Assembly: GCA_964416175.1 (NCBI GenBank) | Contig: CAYQDF010000007.1 | Span: forward strand, 1 to 62,937 | Length of the DNA: 62,937 nucleotides | Origin: an uncultured Anaerolineaceae bacterium | GTDB lineage: Bacteria; Chloroflexota; Anaerolineae; Anaerolineales; UBA4823 | Direction: 5' to 3' | Shown here: positions 46,517-55,829 of the stretch, one piece after another | Layout of the letters: each line of letters begins with the position of its first letter | Numbering within the stretch: position 1 is the stretch's first letter | Position numbers and translations under genes: made by a program | Notes under the pieces: generated by a model | What the model saw: only the letters and a program-made list of their open reading frames with translations | The model's database searches: none | What the model was told of the DNA's origin: nothing

Positions 46517-47341
46517 TCAATTGCGAAAAAAATAGGTCGCCAGAGTAATCAGGCCCATCAGGACGCAGTAAGCAGAAAAGTAGTACAGCGGTTGCTTGTT
46601 CAGTACTTTCAACAACCAGCCGATTGACAGGTACCCCACGATCCCTGCCGACAGGAAACCAGGTATGAATCGCGGCAAGACAAGGCTGAGATCCTCGAAT
46701 TGTAACAGGTCCACCGTGGAAACAAGGCCGGCAGCGAACAGGACCGGTGCCGACATCAGAAAAGAAAATCGTGCAGCTGCGCGGCGCTCCAGGTCCCGGG
46801 TCATTCCTCCGGTGATGGTCGCGCCTGAGCGTGAAATACCCGGCAGGAGGGCAAAAACCTGGAACAACCCAACCACCAGCCCGTCGAGCCAGGTCATGTC
46901 TTCCAGTGGGCGGTTTCGCCTGCCAAACCGCTCCGCCAGCGCCAGCAATCCTGCTGTGAACAGCAGGGCGATGCCCGCGAGCAGGGGGTTAGAAAAGGAG
47001 TTTTCGATGCCGTCCAGGAAGGCCAGCCCGACTACGCTCGCCGGAATGGTCGCAAGGACGATGTACCAGCCCAGACGGGATGGCTGGGATGAGAAGGGGC
47101 GGCGATTCCGGAGATCGCAGATCATCGCTCGAGCGATCTGGATAAAATCTTGCCAGAAAAATGCGAAAACCCCCGCCAGGGTTGCAACCTGGACCAGCAC
47201 ATCGAACACGAAGGTCTCCTGGGGAAGGAGTTCCCATTGGAGGAGGAACGGCACGATTACCAGGTGGCCTGAGCTGGACACCGGCAGGAATTCCGTCAAT
47301 CCCTGAACGACGCCGAGAAGGACGGCCTGGAAAATAGTCAT
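46517..47341 (-). CDS. uppP: undecaprenyl-diphosphate phosphatase
   Basis: GLTEFLPVSSSGH and PGISRSGATI are BacA/UppP signatures. Confidence 0.9.
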   Translation of the reverse strand: MTIFQAVLLGVVQGLTEFLPVSSSGHLVIVPFLLQWELLPQETFVFDVLVQVATLAGVFAFFWQDFIQIARAMICDLRNRRPFSSQPSRLGWYIVLATIPASVVGLAFLDGIENSFSNPLLAGIALLFTAGLLALAERFGRRNRPLEDMTWLDGLVVGLFQVFALLPGISRSGATITGGMTRDLERRAAARFSFLMSAPVLFAAGLVSTVDLLQFEDLSLVLPRFIPGFLSAGIVGYLSIGWLLKVLNKQPLYYFSAYCVLMGLITLATYFFRN

Positions 47342-47351
47342 CAGTTTGCGA

Positions 47352-48506
47352 TCATCCCTCAGTCTTTTGGTTGTGATGTCCAGCGCCGGGGCGGCTCCGC
47401 AGGGATTGGCTCACAACTGGGGCATACGGATCAAATTCCCCGGCCAGGATCGAATTGCGGATATCCCGGGTGAGGCGCAATAAGGTGAACAGGTTATGAA
47501 TCGACAGCAGGGTTGCTGCCAGCATTTCCTTTGCGATGATCAGGTGCCGCAGGTAGCCGCGTGTGAAATTCGAACAGGTATAACAGGAACAAGTCTCATC
47601 GATGGGCCGCTCGTCCCGGGCGTAGGCGGCGTTGACCAGGTTAAGGCGTTCGCCGGTGCCGATCATGGCAGCATTGTGACGGGCAAGGCGGGTCGGCAGG
47701 ACGCAGTCGAAGATGTCAATACCCCTTTGAATGCCCTGGAGAATGTCTGCGGGAGTGCCGACCCCCATCAAGTAACGGGGTTTGTCTTCTGGAAGGATTC
47801 GATCGATTATCTCCAACATGGCGAGCATTTCTTCCTTCGACTCGCCGACGGAGAGGCCGCCGATCGCGTGCCCGGGGAAACCAAGACTCGAGATAAATTC
47901 TGCTGATCGGGCGCGCAGATCTGCGAAAACGCCCCCCTGGACGATCCCAAACAGTGCCTGGTCGGACCGGCTCTTGGCAATTAAGCAGCGCTCTGCCCAG
48001 GCGTGGGTTCTTGCCAGGGCCTGTTCATTGTAGGTCCGGTCATACGGCGCAGCACATTCATCGAGAGCCATGATGATGTCTGCGCCGAGATTTTCCTGGA
48101 TCTTTACCGCCATTTCCGGGGTGAGATGGTGCGTGGATCCATCGATATGGCTCTTAAAGGTCACGCCATCTTCGCTGACGACCCGGCTGTTTGCGAGAGA
48201 AAATATCTGGAAGCCGCCCGAATCGGTCAGGATTGGCCTCTCCCATGCCATGAAACGATGCAGACCACCCAGAGAGGCGACAACCTCATCTCCTGGGCGA
48301 AGATATAGGTGGTAGGTGTTGGCGAGGATTAACGCTGCGCCGAGATCAACCAGGTGTGTTGGTGTAAGCGCTTTGACCGTGGCCTGTGTTCCGACGGGTG
48401 CAAAAACTGGCGTCTGTATTTCGCCGTGGGGCGTAGTAATTACCCCGGCCCTGGCGCGCCCCTGGCGAGCTTCGATCCGAAATGCGAATGGAGGGGGCGT
48501 GACCAC
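47352..48506 (-). CDS. tgt: tRNA-guanine (queuine) transglycosylase
   Basis: TDSGGFQ, GLSVGE, and the zinc motif CSCYTC...H. Confidence 0.92.
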   Translation of the reverse strand: MVTPPPFAFRIEARQGRARAGVITTPHGEIQTPVFAPVGTQATVKALTPTHLVDLGAALILANTYHLYLRPGDEVVASLGGLHRFMAWERPILTDSGGFQIFSLANSRVVSEDGVTFKSHIDGSTHHLTPEMAVKIQENLGADIIMALDECAAPYDRTYNEQALARTHAWAERCLIAKSRSDQALFGIVQGGVFADLRARSAEFISSLGFPGHAIGGLSVGESKEEMLAMLEIIDRILPEDKPRYLMGVGTPADILQGIQRGIDIFDCVLPTRLARHNAAMIGTGERLNLVNAAYARDERPIDETCSCYTCSNFTRGYLRHLIIAKEMLAATLLSIHNLFTLLRLTRDIRNSILAGEFDPYAPVVSQSLRSRPGAGHHNQKTEG

Positions 48507-48511
48507 AGCGG

Positions 48512-48541
48512 TTGATTATACCCTCTTTCCGATGATATAAT
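48512..48541 (+). promoter_or_regulatory. promoter of the aminotransferase-HK operon
   Basis: TTGATT - 18 nt - TGATATAAT (extended -10). Confidence 0.6.
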
Positions 48542-48596
48542 CCGATTTGTCTAACAATTAACCCGTATAACCAAGCAAAACCAAGGAGATTGGAAC

Positions 48597-49937
48597 ATGG
48601 AACCGCCAATGAAGCTGCCCGGCCCTAAAGCCAGGGCGATCATCGAACGGGATCGAATGGTGATCTCTCCATCTTACCCGCGGAGCTATCCTTTTGTCAT
48701 GGACCACGGGCGGGGGTCTGAGGTCTGGGACGTGGACGGGAACCGGTTTCTCGACTTCGCTGCAGGGATTGCAGTTACTTCCACCGGTCACAGCCACCCA
48801 AAAGTTGTCAAGGCGATCCAGGAACAGGCAGAAAAGTTCATCCACATCTCGGCCGATTTCTACCACGAGACCTGGGTGCAGCTTGGAGAAAAGCTGGACG
48901 AAATCGCTCCGTTCAAAGAGGATGCGGTCTCTTTTATGACCAATTCCGGGACGGAAAGCGTCGAGGCGGCGATCAAGCTGGCGCGCTACCACAACGGCTG
49001 CACGCAGTTCATCGGTTTCCTGGGGGCTTTTCACGGCCGGACGTTTGGTTCGCTGTCGTTCACGGCCAGCAAGCCGGCGTACCGGGAAGGCTTCTACCCC
49101 TTGATGAACGGTGTCACTCACGTGCCGTTCCCCAACCCGTACCGACCCGTGCTGCGTTCGCGGCCGGGTGAGGACTATGGCGAGACCGTCGTTCGGTATA
49201 TCGAGGAACAGATTCTGGGTAAACTGCTTCCCCACGAGGACGTCGCAGCTGTTCTGGTCGAGACGATCCAGGGGGAGGGTGGTTACATCGTCCCGGCGCC
49301 GGGATTCTTCCCCGCTCTGCGAGAATTGTGCAATAAATTTGACATCTTGTTGATCGTGGACGAAGTGCAATCCGGCATGGGGCGGACTGGCAAGTGGTGG
49401 GCAATCGAACACTTCGGCGTCGAACCCGATATCGTGTGCGTGGGGAAAGGTATCGCATCCGGGATACCCCTCGGCGCTATCATTGCCCGGCAGAGCGTGG
49501 TGACCTGGCCTTACGGGTCCCACGGCAACACCTATGGCGGCAACCCGGTCGCCTGCGCCGCAGGGTTGGCGACCATCGACCTGATTGAACAAGAATATAT
49601 GGTCAATGCGGCTGAAGTCGGCGAGTATGCACTGGACGCGCTGGAAGAAATCAAAGCCCGCCATCCCAGCGTGGGTGATGTGCGTGGGATCGGTTTGATG
49701 ATCGGTGTCGAATTTGTCAAGGATCGCGAGACGAAGGAGGCTGACCACGATCTGCGGGACAGGATTGTCCAGCTCGCTTTCGAGCGTAGTCTGCTGACGC
49801 TGGGCTGCGGAAGGAGCACCGTGCGCATTGCGCCGCCTTTGAGCATCACGCGTTCCGAGATGGACGATGGGCTGAAGATCCTGGAAGAAGCTATCACGCT
49901 TGCTGAGAGAGAGAAAATGAGCAGTTATGTTGCCTGA
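48597..49937 (+). CDS. class-III PLP aminotransferase (4-aminobutyrate / acetylornithine type)
   Basis: SGTESVEAAIKLAR, DEVQSGMGRTG, and the PLP-Lys region VCVGKGIASG. Substrate cannot be assigned from sequence. Confidence 0.85.
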   Translation: MEPPMKLPGPKARAIIERDRMVISPSYPRSYPFVMDHGRGSEVWDVDGNRFLDFAAGIAVTSTGHSHPKVVKAIQEQAEKFIHISADFYHETWVQLGEKLDEIAPFKEDAVSFMTNSGTESVEAAIKLARYHNGCTQFIGFLGAFHGRTFGSLSFTASKPAYREGFYPLMNGVTHVPFPNPYRPVLRSRPGEDYGETVVRYIEEQILGKLLPHEDVAAVLVETIQGEGGYIVPAPGFFPALRELCNKFDILLIVDEVQSGMGRTGKWWAIEHFGVEPDIVCVGKGIASGIPLGAIIARQSVVTWPYGSHGNTYGGNPVACAAGLATIDLIEQEYMVNAAEVGEYALDALEEIKARHPSVGDVRGIGLMIGVEFVKDRETKEADHDLRDRIVQLAFERSLLTLGCGRSTVRIAPPLSITRSEMDDGLKILEEAITLAEREKMSSYVA

Positions 49938-51477
49938 TTTTCGCGTCCGCCAGCGGGATTACCTGCTCGAGATCGGGAGGGCGATCACCCAGGAACTGAA
50001 CCTGGATAAACTTCTCGCCCGGATCCTGAATATCGCAGTTGAAATGCTGGCAGGCCAGGCAGGCTTAATCGCTCTGCGCGGTGAAGAGGGGGGATGGTCC
50101 GTAGCGGCGTCACACGGCATCCCTCCCAATTTCTTGAATTACATCGATCCCCTTTTAAAAGCAGTACCGCTGGCGGAAGAACCGGTCGATTACGAAATTC
50201 CGCAGGTGAACTCATTGCTCCAGGAAGTGACCCGCATCGCCAGCCTGGGATTGTTGGGGGGCGTGGGACTGCCGCTGCTCTTTCGCGACCGGGTCGTTGG
50301 GATGATCTTTATCTTCCGCAACTATACGACCAGGTTTTCATCGAACGACCGGTTGGTGCTGCAAAGCTTTGCCGATCAGGCCGCGATCGCAGTTCGCAAT
50401 GCCCAGTTCTACACCCAGATCCGCCGCGAGAAACAACGCATGGATACGCTGCTCGATTCGGTCGCAGACGGGATCCTGATCCTGACCTCAGAACAGAGGA
50501 TCGAGCGGTGCAATCCGGCGTTCTCACGCCTTTGGGGTGTTCCGATGAACCAGATCATCGGACGCCCTCACAGCGAGGTGATCCGCTGGCAACGCGTGGA
50601 AACCGGGCTAACCCTCGAGCAGGCCGAAGCTGGCGGATGGCCGTTAACTCCGAATGCGACTTTGTATGTCGAAGGGGATCTTGTTCGACCTGGGCTGTAT
50701 CCTCTCCCGGTCGGGATCACCTATGCCCCCATGATCTCGCAGGAAGGGCAGCTCTTAAACATCATCGCCACAGTCAGGGATATCACCCATTTCCGTGAAG
50801 CGGATGAAATTAAACGCACCTTCATTTCGGTCATCAGCCATGAACTGAAAACACCGATCGCGTTAATTAAAGGCTACGTCGGGACGTTGCGCCGGGAAGA
50901 CGCAACCTGGGATCGAGAAGTGATCCAGGACAGCCTGGCGGTTATTGAAGATGAAGCTGACCGCCTTACAGAGTTGATCGAAAATCTCCTCGATGCAACT
51001 CGTTTACAGAGCGGAACCCTCTCCTTGAGCCGGTCCGATGTGGCGCTGAAACACACCGTGGAACGCGTTGCGGAGCGGTTCCGCACCCAGTTGACCCGCC
51101 ACCACATCGAGCTGGAGTTTCCCGAGGATTTCCCAGTGATCCTCTGCGATGAAGACCGCATCGAGCAGGTCTTTTACAACTTGATCTCGAACGCAATTAA
51201 ATACTCACCCGAGGGTGGAGAGATCCGCATCAGGGGACAGGTTTTTCCTGAACAAGTCGTGCTGTGCGTGTCTGATCAGGGTCCCGGGATTGCTCCCGGG
51301 GATATTCCGCATATCTTTGACCGGTTTTACCGCTCCACTGAGGCCAGTCGGAACACCAAAGGGGCTGGTCTGGGACTCTTCCTGGCGCGTGCCGTAGTGG
51401 AAGCACATGGGGGACGCATCTGGGTGGACCCACAACCAGGGCAGGGCGCCAGGATCTGTTTTTCGCTCCCTCGCTGA
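49927..51477 (+). CDS. GAF-PAS sensor histidine kinase
   Basis: N-terminal GAF. PAS (LDSVADGILILTSEQRIERCNPAF). H-box SHELKTPIALIKGY. HATPase boxes. Overlaps the aminotransferase stop by 11 nt. Confidence 0.85.
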   Translation: MLPDFRVRQRDYLLEIGRAITQELNLDKLLARILNIAVEMLAGQAGLIALRGEEGGWSVAASHGIPPNFLNYIDPLLKAVPLAEEPVDYEIPQVNSLLQEVTRIASLGLLGGVGLPLLFRDRVVGMIFIFRNYTTRFSSNDRLVLQSFADQAAIAVRNAQFYTQIRREKQRMDTLLDSVADGILILTSEQRIERCNPAFSRLWGVPMNQIIGRPHSEVIRWQRVETGLTLEQAEAGGWPLTPNATLYVEGDLVRPGLYPLPVGITYAPMISQEGQLLNIIATVRDITHFREADEIKRTFISVISHELKTPIALIKGYVGTLRREDATWDREVIQDSLAVIEDEADRLTELIENLLDATRLQSGTLSLSRSDVALKHTVERVAERFRTQLTRHHIELEFPEDFPVILCDEDRIEQVFYNLISNAIKYSPEGGEIRIRGQVFPEQVVLCVSDQGPGIAPGDIPHIFDRFYRSTEASRNTKGAGLGLFLARAVVEAHGGRIWVDPQPGQGARICFSLPR

Positions 51478-51485
51478 GCTGTTCG

Positions 51486-51495
51486 TGGGTATAAT
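51486..51495 (+). promoter_or_regulatory. -10 box upstream of the CpXC gene
   Basis: TGGGTATAAT, 55 nt upstream of ATG 51550. AGGAGA RBS. Confidence 0.4.
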
Positions 51496-51549
51496 CAACC
51501 GGATATCTTCCCCCGTCACTGAACGCGGGGTTTATCTCAGGAGATTTGA

Positions 51550-52902
51550 ATGGCAAGAGCGCGCATTAATTGTCCGAACTGCCGGCAGCCGATCCTGGCA
51601 GATATTCAGCAGATCTTCGACATTGGCGAAGACCCCGGCCTGAAACCCAGGCTGCTTTCCGGGATGTTTAATTTCGTTCAATGTCCGGTCTGCGGCTACC
51701 AGGGCAACCTGGCATCGCCGATCGTTTACCATGATCCGGGAAAAGAACTTCTTTTGACTTACATCCCCCCGGAGCTGGGGCTGCCTCAGCACGAACAGGA
51801 AAGAATCATCGGATCCTTGATCAATCAGGTCATCAACCGTCTGCCGGCCGAGCAGCGTAAAGGCTACCTGCTGCGTCCCCAGGCGCACCTGACGATACAA
51901 GGCCTTGTCGAACGAGTACTTGAGGCGGATGGGATCACTAAAGAGATGATTCAGGCTCAGCAGAAACGTTCTGAGTTGCTCCAGCGCCTGGTCACTGCGA
52001 CTGATGATGACGTCAGGCTGGAAATCCTGAGACAAGAGGCAGCTTTGGTCGATGCGGAACTGTTCAGCTTGCTTTCTAGATTGCTGGAGATGGCTTCCGC
52101 AACGCAAGACCAGGAATCTGCCGCGCAGCTGGCAGCTGTCCACGCCTTGCTGCTCGAACATACAGAGGTGGGGCGCAACATTAAACAGCAGTCTCTGGAG
52201 ATCCAGGAGGCTATTAAATCTCTCCAGACTGTGGGCAGGGAGCTGACTCGTGAAAAACTGCTGGATATGATCCTTGATGCTCCGAACGAGGTTCGGTTAA
52301 GTGCTCTGGTGAGCCTGGCGCGGCCCGGTCTGGACTACCAGTTTTTTCAGTTGTTGAGCGAACGGATTGAAAAAGAGAGCGGAGCCGAGAAGGAAAGACT
52401 CCTGAAGCTGAGGGAAAATTTACTCGAGATCACCCGGCAGATCGATCTCCAGCTGGAAGCCAGGGCGAGCCAGGCGCGGAAATTGCTCGAAGACATTCTG
52501 GCGGCTAAAGACATAACCGCCGCGACTCAAGAGAGCCTGGATCGGGTGGATGATTTCTTCATCAGAGCGTTGAATGAAAAGCTGGAAGCCAGCCGGAAAA
52601 GTGGAGACCTGGATTTGATCGGGAAACTCCAGCAGATCAATGGGCTGATCCAAAGGGCGACCACGCCGCCCCCCGAGATTCAATTCATCGAAGACCTGCT
52701 CGATGCCCCGGATGAGGAATCCCGCCAGAGTCTGCTGGAGAAGAACGAGGATAAAATAACGGACGAGTTCTTACAGGTTCTTTCTGGACTCGCCTCCCAG
52801 ATCATGGAAACACAACAGGATCCCGAGCTGGTCGAAAGGTTCAAGGCGGTTAACCGCCATGTCCTTCGATTTTCTATGCAAGCGAACCTGCGGGGAGGGT
52901 GA
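51550..52902 (+). CDS. CpXC-domain protein with long helical C-terminus
   Basis: N-terminal CPNC...x36...CPVCG is the CpXC arrangement. The remaining 370 aa or so are predicted helical. Confidence 0.55.
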   Translation: MARARINCPNCRQPILADIQQIFDIGEDPGLKPRLLSGMFNFVQCPVCGYQGNLASPIVYHDPGKELLLTYIPPELGLPQHEQERIIGSLINQVINRLPAEQRKGYLLRPQAHLTIQGLVERVLEADGITKEMIQAQQKRSELLQRLVTATDDDVRLEILRQEAALVDAELFSLLSRLLEMASATQDQESAAQLAAVHALLLEHTEVGRNIKQQSLEIQEAIKSLQTVGRELTREKLLDMILDAPNEVRLSALVSLARPGLDYQFFQLLSERIEKESGAEKERLLKLRENLLEITRQIDLQLEARASQARKLLEDILAAKDITAATQESLDRVDDFFIRALNEKLEASRKSGDLDLIGKLQQINGLIQRATTPPPEIQFIEDLLDAPDEESRQSLLEKNEDKITDEFLQVLSGLASQIMETQQDPELVERFKAVNRHVLRFSMQANLRGG

Positions 52903-53987
52903 GATTGCGGGTCCTTCATGTTGTGGGGGCCAGACCTAACTTCATCAAGATCGCGCCGCTGATGCAGGAAATGACCCGGCAGGGAGATCGCTTTACCCAG
53001 CTTTTGGTGCATACCGGACAGCATTACGATCCGGGCATGTCGGACATCTTCTTCGAGGAGCTCGAGCTCCCCAGGCCGGATGTAAACCTGGAAGTAGGCT
53101 CTGGCACCCACGCCTGGCAAACGGGCCAGGTGATGATCCATTTCGAACCCATTCTCCTCAAATTTAAACCGGACGTGGTATTCGTCGTTGGCGATGTGAA
53201 TTCCACCCTCGCGTGCGCACTCGTGGCAGTCAAAACCGGGTTTCCCCTGGCGCACGTCGAGGCCGGTCTGAGATCCCATGACCGGAGTATGCCCGAGGAG
53301 ATCAATCGCCTGCTTACCGATCAGATTGCCTGGATGCTATTCACCCCGTCTGAGGAAGCCAATGAGAATCTCTTGAGGGAGGGTATCCAGCCAGAGCGAA
53401 TATTTTTCGTCGGCAACATCATGATTGACACGCTCGTGCGTTTGCAGCCCAAAGCTTTAAGCCGATGGGCAGGGCTCCAGCAGAAATATCGGGTTGATGA
53501 ATACATCCTGGTGACTCTTCACCGTCCATCCAACGTCGACGATCCTGTCGTCCTGGGAGAAATCCTGGCTGCACTGGATGAGATCAGCCTGGACCTGGAG
53601 GTCATTTTCCCCCTGCATCCACGTACTCGGAATGCTATGGAGAGGTTCGGGCTTTCTCCTTCCTCAAGCCGGGTCAGGCTCATCGACCCGCTGGGTTACC
53701 TGGATTTTCTCGCCATGCAAAGCCATGCCAGGCTGGTGATCACCGATTCGGGCGGCGTTCAGGAAGAGACAACCTTCCTTGGCGTCCCCTGCCTGACAGT
53801 GCGACCGAACACCGAACGACCGGTGACGATCAAGCTGGGGACGAACCGGCTCGTCGAGAACAGAACCGGACCTCTGATCGCTGCGATTCGGTCACGTCTG
53901 GAGGAGAAACCGGGGACACCACAGATTCCGCCTTTGTGGGACGGCCGCACTGCACAAAGGATTGTCCAGAGTTTATCGCATCTCTGA
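52899..53987 (+). CDS. wecB: UDP-N-acetylglucosamine 2-epimerase (non-hydrolysing)
   Basis: GARPNFIKIAPL, HVEAGLRS, DSGGVQEE motifs. Confidence 0.9.
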   Translation: MRLRVLHVVGARPNFIKIAPLMQEMTRQGDRFTQLLVHTGQHYDPGMSDIFFEELELPRPDVNLEVGSGTHAWQTGQVMIHFEPILLKFKPDVVFVVGDVNSTLACALVAVKTGFPLAHVEAGLRSHDRSMPEEINRLLTDQIAWMLFTPSEEANENLLREGIQPERIFFVGNIMIDTLVRLQPKALSRWAGLQQKYRVDEYILVTLHRPSNVDDPVVLGEILAALDEISLDLEVIFPLHPRTRNAMERFGLSPSSSRVRLIDPLGYLDFLAMQSHARLVITDSGGVQEETTFLGVPCLTVRPNTERPVTIKLGTNRLVENRTGPLIAAIRSRLEEKPGTPQIPPLWDGRTAQRIVQSLSHL

Positions 53988-54118
53988 ACAGGCTGCTCAT
54001 CCAGCGGCTGGCGCCCCCGAACACCCCCAATTTCTTCCGAACTGCGGGACTCCTAAGTGACTAAAACGAATTTGCCTTTGGGAGCATCGCAATGTTGAAA
54101 ACAGCTCGGGGATGCGAG

Positions 54119-54787
54119 TCAATGGGGGTTGTCCAGCCGCAGACCGTGCCCGCGCACCGTGACGATATATTGATGCGCCGGATCGACAGCAGCCAGCCGA
54201 TCTCTCAACCGCCTGACTAGGGCATCCAGAGCCTGTTCTGACACTTCGATCGCATTTTCAGCACCCCAGATGCGGGCAATGACTTCTTTGCGGGGGATCA
54301 CCTGACCTGTTTGGTCGTAGAGTATTTCAAGCAATTGAAATTGGGATGCAGACAGGGGCGGCTCAATTTCCACCTGATCGATCCAGACCTGTCTGGATTT
54401 TCTCTCCAGGCGCAGGCGGCCGGGAAGGGCAGTGTGGGCCAGGATGTCTCCGCCTGGTTCCAGAGGCAGTGTGGCATCGGAGCTCATAAAGATGAACTGC
54501 TGAGCAAAAGCGATCTGCACAAGATCGCCGTCTTTCAGCTGCGTGGGTCCGACGATGCGGACACCGTTAAGATGGGTCCCGTTCTTGCTGTTGAGGTCTT
54601 CCAGGAACACTCCCGCTTTTGTAACTTTGAATCTGGCGTGGTGCCTCGAGACCTGGCGGCTTGGGATCATGATCCCGCACCCCTCGTCCCTGCCGATGAC
54701 GATTTCCCCCCGCAGCATCCAGCGCTGGCCGCTTAGAGGCCCTGCCTGGCCAACCAGGACAGGCACATCATCCCCGAGCTGTACCAT
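54119..54787 (-). CDS. FHA domain + OmpR/PhoB-type winged-helix DNA-binding regulator
   Basis: Start at ATG 54787 (MVQLGDD, GGAGGA upstream). FHA (IGRDEGCGIMIPSRQVSRHHARF...SKNGTHLNG). C-terminal wHTH (LSASQFQLLEIL...VTVRGHGLRL). Confidence 0.8.
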   Translation of the reverse strand: MVQLGDDVPVLVGQAGPLSGQRWMLRGEIVIGRDEGCGIMIPSRQVSRHHARFKVTKAGVFLEDLNSKNGTHLNGVRIVGPTQLKDGDLVQIAFAQQFIFMSSDATLPLEPGGDILAHTALPGRLRLERKSRQVWIDQVEIEPPLSASQFQLLEILYDQTGQVIPRKEVIARIWGAENAIEVSEQALDALVRRLRDRLAAVDPAHQYIVTVRGHGLRLDNPH

Positions 54788-54804
54788 CCGCATTCCTCCG
54801 CGAG

Positions 54805-54810
54805 TATAAT
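54805..54810 (+). promoter_or_regulatory. -10 box of the Ser/Thr kinase gene
   Basis: TATAAT within the 52-bp divergent spacer, 30 nt upstream of ATG 54840. Confidence 0.45.
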
Positions 54811-54839
54811 ACCACCGAGTTGAATAGAGAAGAAGAGAA

Positions 54840-55829
54840 ATGCCCACTCCACTCAAATCCGGAGTCGTTCTACGCGAGCGCTACAAGATCAGCCGGATCA
54901 TCGGTCAGGGAGGCATGGGATGTATCTACCTGGCAAATGATCTCCGGCTGGAGGGGAGAAATTGCGCTGTTAAGGAGGTGGAGCACGAGAGCTCCTTGCC
55001 TGAAGATGTGATTCGCCAGGCTCGTGAGCAGTTCTTGCGTGAAGCAACCATCCTGGCGCGCCTCGATCATCCCAATCTTCCCAAAGTGTCGGATTTCTTT
55101 TCCGAAGGCAACCGTGAATACCTGGTGATGGATTTCGTCCCAGGGAAGGATTTACGAACTTTAATGGCTGAAGCCCGCCAGAATAACTCTTTCCTTTCCG
55201 AGCGCGACGTGCTGGAATGGTCAGTCCAGCTGGCTGACGCGTTATCCTACATGCATAGCCAGTCACCGCCAATCCTGCACCGGGATATCAAGCCCAGCAA
55301 TATCAAGTTGACTCCAAGCGGATTAATCAAACTCGTCGATTTTGGTCTGGTCAAGCTCCTGGCTTCGGAAGAAATGACGATCACCATCTTACAAGGCCGG
55401 GGTACTGCGCTCTACACGCCTCTTGAACAGTATGGCGGCGACAGCGGGCATACCGATGTCAGAAGCGACATCTATGCCTTTGGAGCCACACTCTACCACC
55501 TCCTGACGAATCATTCTCCAGTTGAAGCCCGCGAAAGGTTCCTGCACCCGGATGCCCTGGTGCCTCCGCGCCAGTTCAACCCGGAGCTGTCCTTGCGGAC
55601 TGAACGCGCCATCCTTTGGGCAATGGAACTCCACCCGGATGATCGCCCCCATGACATCGAAGAATTCCGTAAAGCGCTGTTCGGGAAATTGATCCCGAAT
55701 GCCAGGGTGAAGCAACCGCTGCCGAGACTTACCCTGGGTGATCTGATGGCTTCTCCAACGGAAAGAATCCTGGCTGCCATTTCCGTGAGTCTGTTGATTT
55801 TGACCTTCATTTTCACGCTAATGCGCTGA
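54840..55829 (+). CDS. Hanks-type Ser/Thr protein kinase with C-terminal TM anchor
   Basis: GQGGMGCIY...[19 protein letters not shown], and a terminal hydrophobic helix. Confidence 0.9.
   Translation: MPTPLKSGVVLRERYKISRIIGQGGMGCIYLANDLRLEGRNCAVKEVEHESSLPEDVIRQAREQFLREATILARLDHPNLPKVSDFFSEGNREYLVMDFVPGKDLRTLMAEARQNNSFLSERDVLEWSVQLADALSYMHSQSPPILHRDIKPSNIKLTPSGLIKLVDFGLVKLLASEEMTITILQGRGTALYTPLEQYGGDSGHTDVRSDIYAFGATLYHLLTNHSPVEARERFLHPDALVPPRQFNPELSLRTERAILWAMELHPDDRPHDIEEFRKALFGKLIPNARVKQPLPRLTLGDLMASPTERILAAISVSLLILTFIFTLMR

Noticed and set aside
48558-49748. 396-aa ORF antisense to the class-III aminotransferase
   Set aside because: This is a shadow ORF of a clearly real gene. The same reasoning applies to 11822..12841 (anti-obg), 31765..32883 and 33094..33993 (anti-ppdK), 34924..35736 (anti-OFOR beta), 38083..38856 and 38954..39811 (anti-ABC), 42314..43153 (anti-pdhB), 57207..58142 (anti-GH3), 60810..61847 (anti-GDPD/AAA) and 40733..41257 (anti-CBS).
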